Positions 49,960-58,040 of a stretch of 64,000 nucleotides of DNA are shown here, piece after piece. Location: positions 2,452 through 66,451 of the forward strand of contig JASNYX010000001.1 in NCBI GenBank assembly GCA_048499955.1, read 5' to 3'. The translations under genes were made by a program, and so were the position numbers. Position 1 is the first letter of the stretch, and every line of letters starts with the position of its first letter. The DNA is from Patescibacteria group bacterium (lineage in GTDB: Bacteria > Patescibacteriota > WWE3 > 2-01-FULL-39-13). Below the pieces are notes generated by a model that was given only the letters and a program-made list of their open reading frames with translations, was not told the DNA's origin and did no database searches.

Positions 49960-50169
49960 CTACAGATCTTCGATCCAGGTGAAGTCGAATGAATAGCCCT
50001 CTGGGGGTGAGCCCGCAGCTTTCTTCAGCGGCTTTTCTGGGTCATTGACCCAGAAGGGAACCTGGTAGGTTCCTTTGTCAATTTCATGAACGATGGGGTA
50101 TTGCCCATCACTTTCTCGAGGCCCGTACTTCCGAAAGAAGACCTTGTAGGTACTATTTTTATTAGCCAT
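49960..50169 (-). CDS. Small hypothetical protein (69 aa)
   Basis: ATG at 50169 with an AAAAGGAG SD. Locally more GC-rich than its flanks. Confidence 0.6.
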   Translation of the reverse strand: MANKNSTYKVFFRKYGPRESDGQYPIVHEIDKGTYQVPFWVNDPEKPLKKAAGSPPEGYSFDFTWIEDL

Positions 50170-50299
50170 GTTTTCTCCTTTTTGGCTAATTACAGCATGA
50201 AAAATCGACCCGCTCATTTTATCCTATAGTAGTTAGTTTTTCAATTGGGAAATAGGTTCAATGTTTTAGAGTGTTTAGCGGTAATGCCTGAACTGATAC

Positions 50300-50515
50300 C
50301 ACATACGTAGGTCAAATTTACAGAAAAGTACTTGGAAACTAAGTTAAGAAAATTTCGAAATGGAAGAAGTATCAGGATTGGCTAATGTTAAGTATGTTTC
50401 TAGTGACGATAATAGTCTAATTTTTTCGAAAACCGATGCTTTAAACCAACCCACTTAGATATGGAAGTCTGATCTGTTAGGTAGAAATGCTGAAATTGTT
50501 TAGATAATGTCGAAT
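50300..50515 (+). pseudogene. Decayed 3' fragment of a paralog of the 44418-45497 propeller gene
   Basis: NLQKSTWKLS*ENFEMEEV...LIFSK...T*IWKSDLLGRNAEIV aligns with NFQKSAWRLNLDNYEIVEV...LIFSK...HEIWKSDLLGKNAQIL. TGGAAGTCTGATCTGTTAGGTA is shared exactly. Confidence 0.8.
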
Positions 50516-50742
50516 GCTATCAATGGAGATGAACGATACTTGAATTTTGTATGAACTCGATTATTTTTGAGTATTGAAGCCTAAATGTGTGTTAGATATA
50601 CTGTTGCTTGTCAAACTTGCAAAGGTAGATAGGTATTACCACCTAAATTTTTCTTGTTTAATGAATATTTAGTTCCCTCCCAAAGCTCTAAATCCTCTCC
50701 TTAATTATATTTGAGTGAAGAAGATTATTCGCTTAACCGCTA

Positions 50743-51810
50743 ATGGATAGACAGACTCCGCTTGTGCAATTGTTAAAGTCAACCAGCACTATAATTCCCT
50801 CATCAAATAACGCTAATCTTGATACTTTTATGTTCGAAACCCCTCTATTGGCAGAGCTGACTAAAAAGATAACAGAACTATATAAAGATGATCTTGTTTT
50901 CGCATTATTATTTGGGTCTAGAGTAGATGGTGAGTTTAAACAAAACAGTGATTACGATATTTTGATTGTTGAGAAGTCTCCCTATAAAGATCAATCTAGA
51001 CACGAACAAATAAAGAGGATTTTTATAGAGTTACAGGAAAAGGAAGAGTTGAAGGTTGATTATGATTATCCCGGGGAATACATAGATATTTTTACATTGA
51101 ATAAAGCTATTTTAGGTTACGGTTTTGTTTATGACGATAAAGAAGTCATCATTGAGAAAGTCGGAGCAAAAGACTGGAATAGATTTAATGAATATAGGCA
51201 ATGGTTATCTGCAATGTCAGGCCCCAACATATTATTGGCCGGAAATATAAAAGATTTTGTTGAATATAAAGAGCGGGCAATTAAAACTTTAATCAAACTA
51301 GTGATTTGTAAAAGGGACTTTACTTTTAAAGACTCGAGTGAATTAGTAGATCTGCTTGTTTTGGGTGGGAAAGAGTACTTGGGTATGAAAAATATACCGA
51401 GTGTCAGAAAATACCTCGAGGATCTTATTGAATTAGTTCTCCATGAATTAATTCAAGAAAACATAATAATAAAAGGGGATAACAAATTCCATGTTAATTT
51501 TGAAATATGTGTAAAATCTATTGAGCTATTAATATCTACAGATGAAAACGAATTTCGTAAAAGTTTTTTTGGGGGTATTACGGATTTTGATAAACAAGTA
51601 ATCACTGATGTGGTATCAGATAATCTGAGTTATGTTAGTAGTTTGAATAAGACTATCGACTACAGGTCAGATAAAGATTTACAAGAAGATATTTCTGAAG
51701 ATTTGCCAATGGACGCAACTGGACATTATAATGTTCAGAAACAATACGCTTCAATTCGGTTAGAAATACAAAATATAAATCAAACCGTCCGGGATATTGC
51801 TTTTTCCTGA
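50743..51810 (+). CDS. Nucleotidyltransferase domain protein, probably the N-terminal half of a fusion with the downstream decarboxylase
   Basis: LLFGSRVDG...SDYDIL (minimal NTase motif). The C-terminus (SEDLPMDATG) resembles the N-terminal part of a group II decarboxylase. Confidence 0.75.
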   Translation: MDRQTPLVQLLKSTSTIIPSSNNANLDTFMFETPLLAELTKKITELYKDDLVFALLFGSRVDGEFKQNSDYDILIVEKSPYKDQSRHEQIKRIFIELQEKEELKVDYDYPGEYIDIFTLNKAILGYGFVYDDKEVIIEKVGAKDWNRFNEYRQWLSAMSGPNILLAGNIKDFVEYKERAIKTLIKLVICKRDFTFKDSSELVDLLVLGGKEYLGMKNIPSVRKYLEDLIELVLHELIQENIIIKGDNKFHVNFEICVKSIELLISTDENEFRKSFFGGITDFDKQVITDVVSDNLSYVSSLNKTIDYRSDKDLQEDISEDLPMDATGHYNVQKQYASIRLEIQNINQTVRDIAFS

Positions 51811-53056
51811 TGGAAATTCTATCTCAGGATTAGTCGGAAACATCAATGAAATCTTTGCGAATCAGAATCTTATTGCTACAACAAAGAGCGCTCCAAGTGG
51901 TACTTTTGTTGAAATACAAACTATTGAATGGTTCAGGAAACTAGTTGGGTATCCTGTTATTGGGAGACCTGAGGATGCATTAGGTGCCGGCGGAGCATTT
52001 GTATTTGGAGGTACTATGGCAAACACTATCAGCTTAATGGCTGCTAGAGAAAAAGCCTTTCCCGGATGCAAGAAAAAAGGGCTAACTTCATTTAATGAAA
52101 AGCCTGTTCTATTAGTCGCTGAAAATACAATTAATCATTATTCACATGCAGGCGCTTTTGGTTGGCTAGGATTAGGTGAGGACAATATTGTTGAAGTATC
52201 GATTACAGAAGACTTTAGGCTTGATCAAAACGATCTTAAAAAGAAACTGAAAAAATATAAAAATGACTCAGGTTATAAAATAATTGCATTAGTAGCTCAA
52301 GCGGGAGATTCCAGAACAACAACTATTGAAGACTTCGACGCAATTTCAAAGATAACCAAACAATTTGGTGTATGGTTACATGTTGATGCTTGTCATGGAG
52401 GAGTTTTGATCTTTTCGAATAAACATAAACACAAATTAAAGGGAATGGAATTGGCCGATTCCATTAGTATGGATCCTCATAAAGGTTTGGCAGTTACGTA
52501 TCCCGCAAGTCTTGTACTGGTTAAAGATAGAGAAAGTTTGGGTCTTATTGCAAAACATACTGATATTACAATTAATAAAGGGAGCTTTGATCTTGGTCAA
52601 ATGACGCCAATGATTGGAAGTAAGCCATTTATTGCTTTGAAATTATGGTTTTTGATTAAATCGTTGGGAATCAAAAATATCGGTAAAATAATTGATTCAA
52701 GAATGGATCTAGCTCAGAGTTGGAAAAGGAAAATAGATGACTCGAAATATTTCAGATCGCTAAATGACATTGAATTAAATAGTGTCGTTTTTAGTTTATG
52801 CCCGAAAAAGATTAAGACTATTGATGATTCGAAAAAACTTAGTGAGTTAAATAAAGCACTTCATGACGCTGTCTATAAAGATGGTTATATGTGTATACAC
52901 AATTTTGATATTGTTGATTACAAAAATGTTTTGAAGTTTGGAAAAGTTAAAATCAGAACGTTAGGTGCAATTTTTGGGAATCCGTTAACGGATGAATATG
53001 ATTTCAATGCATATATTAATTATTTAGAATCTGTAGCAGAGAGATATATAAGATGA
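51797..53056 (+). CDS. Group II PLP-dependent decarboxylase (probable C-terminal half of a frameshifted fusion)
   Basis: GGTMAN..SL.AAR, HYS, WLHVDACHGG and ADSISMDPHK (PLP-Lys). Confidence 0.9.
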   Translation: MLFPDGNSISGLVGNINEIFANQNLIATTKSAPSGTFVEIQTIEWFRKLVGYPVIGRPEDALGAGGAFVFGGTMANTISLMAAREKAFPGCKKKGLTSFNEKPVLLVAENTINHYSHAGAFGWLGLGEDNIVEVSITEDFRLDQNDLKKKLKKYKNDSGYKIIALVAQAGDSRTTTIEDFDAISKITKQFGVWLHVDACHGGVLIFSNKHKHKLKGMELADSISMDPHKGLAVTYPASLVLVKDRESLGLIAKHTDITINKGSFDLGQMTPMIGSKPFIALKLWFLIKSLGIKNIGKIIDSRMDLAQSWKRKIDDSKYFRSLNDIELNSVVFSLCPKKIKTIDDSKKLSELNKALHDAVYKDGYMCIHNFDIVDYKNVLKFGKVKIRTLGAIFGNPLTDEYDFNAYINYLESVAERYIR

Positions 53057-53967
53057 TTATTATCACCCCATATCATGCCAAAAAAAATCATCATGACTTT
53101 GGTAAAAGACAAAAATATTTAACAGAAACAATTAGCTCAATTGACAAACAAAATCTTCACAGCTTAACTCATATCATTGTTGATGACGGTAGTACTGATA
53201 ACTTTTGCGACACAATTAAAACTGTTTATACCACCACAGAGAGAATTTGGCTTAGGCGTGAAAAACTAGCGGGTGAAATTCTAACTTGCACAAATGCGTT
53301 AAATTTCGGAATCAAATATATCTTAGATAATCCAGACCGATTTAAAGATAGCGAACTCGTAACATTTATTCACTCTGATGATTTAGCCATTAGCCTAGGC
53401 GATCGAGAAGATTTTATGGTTAGGAATAATCTGGATTTTATGTATTCGGATGCATTGATATTCTTTGATGATCGTGAGTATGGCTTTTTATGGGAAGGTT
53501 TACCGATTAATACAAATAACATCGAGAAAAAACTTTGGATTCAAGGGAGAATGCCATATATAACAATGACTTGGAAGCTTTCGCTAGTAAAAGACCTAAT
53601 AAAACAGAATAAGCAAAAATACGCACAGGAAGCTCTTCTTGACCCTTATGTTGGTTGTGGAGAGGATGTCGATCTTGCAATTAATACATTGAAGTTCATA
53701 GAAGATAGTGAATACAAGGGAGGGTATTTGCCTGAAATTACTGCGGCTTACAGAATTCATGGTAAATCATTAGCAGAAATACGTGATCAAAAAATCAGAA
53801 AGAATGAAGAAAATTCTGTTCTTCAAAAACATTTCGGAAGACATAGTATTAAGTTGCTTCATATTCAAAGATTTATAAATAGGCCTTGGTTGTACTTTCC
53901 TCTTTTCAGAAAGTTTAAGAAATCAATTAAATTGAAAGTTAGTGATTATTTACACAAAAATGCATAA
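53053..53967 (+). CDS. Glycosyltransferase family 2 (GT-A)
   Basis: IITPY, IIVDDGSTD, FIHSDD, GEDVD and YRIH motifs. Confidence 0.88.
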   Translation: MIIITPYHAKKNHHDFGKRQKYLTETISSIDKQNLHSLTHIIVDDGSTDNFCDTIKTVYTTTERIWLRREKLAGEILTCTNALNFGIKYILDNPDRFKDSELVTFIHSDDLAISLGDREDFMVRNNLDFMYSDALIFFDDREYGFLWEGLPINTNNIEKKLWIQGRMPYITMTWKLSLVKDLIKQNKQKYAQEALLDPYVGCGEDVDLAINTLKFIEDSEYKGGYLPEITAAYRIHGKSLAEIRDQKIRKNEENSVLQKHFGRHSIKLLHIQRFINRPWLYFPLFRKFKKSIKLKVSDYLHKNA

Positions 53968-54946
53968 ACAATATTTACTCATAAGTTTCTTTGTTACGAA
54001 TCCCGATGCACTTGCGAAACTTAAAGCTCAGTGGTTGGGTAATGAAGAACAGAAAGACAGAAAATTTCTCGGACGTTCAGAAGAGGAAACTGCTGAAGTT
54101 ACGAACGAGCAGTTAGGTGGAAAAGTGATTTTAGTTGATCCCGAGAATTTTGAGAGAGGCATATTGCACGAAATAGATATTCCGGTTCCTATGGGATTGG
54201 TTTTCGATGAAAGAAGTAATAGTTTATTGGTTACTAGTGACTTTGATGTTTATAGCTTATCGAAAGGAAATTATAAGACGCATATATCCAATGGGTTGTT
54301 TAATAATTTGCACAGTATTTCAGTAAATAATCATGGAGATTTATTAGTTACATCTACCGGCCTTGATTCCATCTTGCAATTTGATTCGGAATCAAAAGAC
54401 TTAAAATGGAAATGGTTAGGTACTCATAATGGTTATAATAAGACTCCGGAAGGAGAAGGAGTAATGCCTATCGATGAAACATTCGATTATAGAAATAGAA
54501 CTATCGCAACTTCTGATCAAACCACTCATGTAAATAGCGCAATATTCGAAAATGATTATATTCTTGCAACTTTTTTCCATCAGGGAGAATTGGTCAAAAT
54601 AGATACAAATACCGGTAAAGTGAGCACGATTCTTGGGAACATGAAGTCTCCGCACGCTATAAGAAAAACCGATTTTGGTTATTCAGTTGTTGATACCAGA
54701 AACAACAAAGTAATGCTTTTAGATCATGAGTTCAAAATTATAAAAGAGATTTCAAATGACTATGATTGGGTGCAAGATGCGATTGAAATCGACAATCAGT
54801 TTTACATTGCTGATGCAAATAATGGAAATATCGAGAAAGTTGACTTGGATGGCATCAGTAAAGCAAAGTTCGTGTGGGATCCAAACTCTTGGAAAGTCGG
54901 TGGTTTAGCAACATTAGATGCTGATAAGATTGATTTGGTATTTTAA
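53960..54946 (+). CDS. Cytoplasmic beta-propeller protein with His-containing blade motifs
   Basis: PMGL, NLHSI, HVNSA, SPHAI and WVQDA blade motifs. No signal peptide. The ATG overlaps the GT2 3' end. Confidence 0.65.
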   Translation: MHKQYLLISFFVTNPDALAKLKAQWLGNEEQKDRKFLGRSEEETAEVTNEQLGGKVILVDPENFERGILHEIDIPVPMGLVFDERSNSLLVTSDFDVYSLSKGNYKTHISNGLFNNLHSISVNNHGDLLVTSTGLDSILQFDSESKDLKWKWLGTHNGYNKTPEGEGVMPIDETFDYRNRTIATSDQTTHVNSAIFENDYILATFFHQGELVKIDTNTGKVSTILGNMKSPHAIRKTDFGYSVVDTRNNKVMLLDHEFKIIKEISNDYDWVQDAIEIDNQFYIADANNGNIEKVDLDGISKAKFVWDPNSWKVGGLATLDADKIDLVF

Positions 54947-54951
54947 GTAGT

Positions 54952-56031
54952 TCAAAAATAGCTTGTCCATTTTTTGGCGATGATATCCCAACTTTCTTGC
55001 ATTGCACTTTTAATAAATACATTTCGTAATGAGTTTTTATCTTTTTGATTATAAATTTGAGGAAGGTTGTTGTTTTTTATGAAATCAATAATTGTGTATG
55101 CAAGTTTTTGCTGAGTATTTTGATCAAATGGATTTCCATCAACTTTAATACTGTAATCTTTTTCGGATAAAGCCGCCCAATTTGTTGTAAATGGTATACA
55201 CCCTGCCATTGCTGCTTGTCGAACAGTAATGCAGTCTATTTCCAACATTGTACAACCATAATATAAAATATTCGCTTTGTGGTTAGCTTCAATTAGTGTT
55301 TCTATTCCAACGCGACCATATTCAGTAATACCCGGTTGATTCATAAGGTCAATCATTTTTGCTTTCCATTTTTGTTTTTCAATATCATTGCTGTAAACAG
55401 CGTTAAATAAATCCCAACCATAATATATATCCAGCGTGATATCGGGTAGTTCCTTTTTTAAAATCGGCCATCCGTATGTAAGCATATACTCAAGGCCACG
55501 GTAATAGCTTGAAGCATAGATTAATTTTTTTGGGTCACGATTAACGTGATTTGTGCTTGCAAATTTAACATCTGCTCCATTGGGAATTATTACAAACTTT
55601 TCTTCGGGAATTAAAGGTAATAAGTTTCTTTGGAATTCAGATTTAACAAAAATTCTATCAATCTTGTCTAATCTATTTTGTGTATACTCCTCTTGCTGTG
55701 GAGTGTCGTGCAAATCAAGAATAAGTAGGGATGCAGATAAGTTCATATCTACGAAACTGGGTTCTCTCCATAGTATTAGTATGTTGTATTTATCTTGAGG
55801 ATTAAATTTCTTGTAATCATAATATGTAATACCTTCGTATATACCTTCATGTTGTCCAATATTGCTGTATACTGTTACTTCGTACCCGAGAGATTTCCAA
55901 ATTTTTGATAGGTAAATTACCGCAGTTTGAGATCCTCCAAGACCGGTTTTTAACGAATTGGGAGACCAGTATTCTGATGTTTCCCCAGTGTAGTAGACGA
56001 TGGAATTTTTCGGCCAAATTTTTTGAGTCAT
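54952..56031 (-). CDS. Glycosyltransferase (GT-B / GT4-like)
   Basis: GLGGSQTA, LDLHD, IIPNG, YASSYYRGL and EIDCITVRQA motifs. Start reassigned to ATG 56031. Confidence 0.85.
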   Translation of the reverse strand: MTQKIWPKNSIVYYTGETSEYWSPNSLKTGLGGSQTAVIYLSKIWKSLGYEVTVYSNIGQHEGIYEGITYYDYKKFNPQDKYNILILWREPSFVDMNLSASLLILDLHDTPQQEEYTQNRLDKIDRIFVKSEFQRNLLPLIPEEKFVIIPNGADVKFASTNHVNRDPKKLIYASSYYRGLEYMLTYGWPILKKELPDITLDIYYGWDLFNAVYSNDIEKQKWKAKMIDLMNQPGITEYGRVGIETLIEANHKANILYYGCTMLEIDCITVRQAAMAGCIPFTTNWAALSEKDYSIKVDGNPFDQNTQQKLAYTIIDFIKNNNLPQIYNQKDKNSLRNVFIKSAMQESWDIIAKKWTSYF

Positions 56032-56062
56032 AGATTTTCTATTGAATAAGTATAATACCTCA

Positions 56063-56983
56063 ATGCAAATTAACAATTTAGAAAACAAGATAAAAAATTT
56101 GATATCGAAGACTCACCCCGAACTTTCATTGTCGGAAGTTATCAAAATGTCGTTAGGTATATCTACAAATGTATACAGGCTTAGTACTTCTGATGGAATT
56201 TATTATTTCCGAATTCCGAAAAACATTAATGAAAATATTTCCGGTGAAGTATTAATTTTGCAAAGATTGCAAGAGAAAGGAATGAAAGTTCCAAAAGTAA
56301 TCGGCCATGAAAACTTTTGTCACGAATTAGATGGGTATTCATACTATATAACTTCCGAAATTAAAGGTACTCCAATTGATAACACAAATAGGGATACGGT
56401 TTTACATGATGCAGGTTCTCAGCTTGCATTGTTAAATTCGATTGAATATCCGGGATTTGGTGGTATAACCAGATATCAGGAAAATATTGAATCTGTAAGT
56501 GGACATTTAAATTCATATAGTGATTTCATTCTCTATAAATGGGAAAGTCACTTAAATAAATTGCAAAATAAAGGTATCCTTTCTGACAACAAAATAGTTT
56601 CGATTACAAAATTGCTCCGTGATAATCACGATTTCTTTAATCAATTGCAGGGATACTTAATGCACGGAGATCTTAATGTTAATCACATTTATTCACACAA
56701 GGGAAATTTTTCGGGATTTATTGATTTTAGTGATTGCAGAATTGCAAATAAATTTTTTGATTTAGCCTATTTCAAGATTTGTAACCGGGAAGACTTCGCT
56801 TCATTAGTAAATGGTTATGCAAAAGTTAATCCACAGATATTAAATGAAATTAATGGTCTAGACTTTTTAATTACTACTTTAATTGTTGGTATAAGAATTG
56901 TTTCTTCGCTAATTGATAATGAACAAGATTTGGTGAAAGTTTCTCAGGTTAGAAGTCTGATTTTAGAGCTTGATTCTATATAG
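56063..56983 (+). CDS. Aminoglycoside-phosphotransferase-fold kinase
   Basis: GISTNVY, VPKVI and LMHGDLNVNHI...GFIDFSD...FDLA. Start reassigned to ATG 56063. Confidence 0.88.
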   Translation: MQINNLENKIKNLISKTHPELSLSEVIKMSLGISTNVYRLSTSDGIYYFRIPKNINENISGEVLILQRLQEKGMKVPKVIGHENFCHELDGYSYYITSEIKGTPIDNTNRDTVLHDAGSQLALLNSIEYPGFGGITRYQENIESVSGHLNSYSDFILYKWESHLNKLQNKGILSDNKIVSITKLLRDNHDFFNQLQGYLMHGDLNVNHIYSHKGNFSGFIDFSDCRIANKFFDLAYFKICNREDFASLVNGYAKVNPQILNEINGLDFLITTLIVGIRIVSSLIDNEQDLVKVSQVRSLILELDSI

Positions 56984-57025
56984 ATATAGAGATGTCAGAA
57001 TTTAATTTATAAGTTGGGGAATATA

Positions 57026-57430
57026 TGGTGGAGATGGGGGGAATCGAACCCCCATGCTAAAAGCTTAATCAAATAAAAGTTACATGCTTAACGGTTTTAA
57101 TAATTTGTATATTCTGGAAAACCGTAAAATTAATATACAAATTTGATAATTTTTCTCTGATTTGGTTGGCCTGACAAGTGATTGATCAGAGGAACTTCCT
57201 TTAAAATGCCCGAGGGCAAAAAAAAGGGAAACGCGAGGTTTCTCTTGTCAAACTGCTGAATAAGGATAAATCCGTTTGTAGTGGCTAACTTATGCTATCG
57301 CGTAAGCGGGCACCATTACATCAGCATATTCATCTGCATTGTTTGCATTTATATTTTTGACAGTTTTAAGACTTAACGGTCTGCATGTTCTATTTGAAAT
57401 GTACTTCTAGGCGATGCCTGAAACATCCCC
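57026..57430 (-). ncRNA. ssrA: tmRNA
   Basis: Acceptor stem GGGGAUG/CAUCUCC-ACCA with G3.U, T-arm GGGGGUUCGAUUCCCCC, tag ORF ANNADEYADVMVPAYAIA* at 57346-57290, and position downstream of smpB. Confidence 0.95.
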
Positions 57431-57536
57431 AAGCGAAAAGAATTATATCAAGAATATGCCTGATTTGTCAAAGATTCGTGAGGATTGCTAATGACCTGCG
57501 TAATAAATCAGATGGGGATTAAACAACATAAAATGC

Positions 57537-57989
57537 CTAGTTATAGCGGTTTTTTACAGTTTTGCGGATTTCTTTTTCTTGTTGCTTTTTGATCAGATCT
57601 TGTTTCTTCTGGTGCTTTTGTTTGCCTCTTGCTAGCCCTGCAAGGAGTTTTAGAAGTCTTCCCTGGGTGTATATTTTTAAAGGTACTAAGGTGAATCCTT
57701 TTTGCTCGATTTTTCCTGAAAGGCTTTTTATTTCCTCTTTGTTTAATAGTAGCTGCCTGGATCTTACCGGATCATAGTGGAATAATGCTGCCGCTTTAGA
57801 ATATTTAGGTAAATTGAAATTCACCAAATACGGCTTGCCTTTGGTGATTCTAATATAGGCACCTCTTAGCGATCCTCGGCCTTCTTTTATAGATTTAACC
57901 TCATGACCCTGGAGTTTCATTCCGGCTTCGATCTTCTCCACGACTTCATAGTCCCTATAAGCTTTTCGGTTTACTATATATACTGGCAT
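57537..57989 (-). CDS. smpB: SsrA-binding protein
   Basis: NRKAYRDY, EAGMKLQGHEVKSI, R.LLL.KEEI and GFTLVPL motifs. Confidence 0.97.
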   Translation of the reverse strand: MPVYIVNRKAYRDYEVVEKIEAGMKLQGHEVKSIKEGRGSLRGAYIRITKGKPYLVNFNLPKYSKAAALFHYDPVRSRQLLLNKEEIKSLSGKIEQKGFTLVPLKIYTQGRLLKLLAGLARGKQKHQKKQDLIKKQQEKEIRKTVKNRYN

Positions 57990-58040
57990 GTGCTGATTAT
58001 ACAAGGGAAAGGCCCAATATTATACCGTTATGGAGGAGCC

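Noticed and set aside
49953-50238. TACTAAC / GTTAGTT flanking the small ORF as integron attC core sites
   Set aside because: Spacing and orientation do not form an attC hairpin, and no integron integrase is present.
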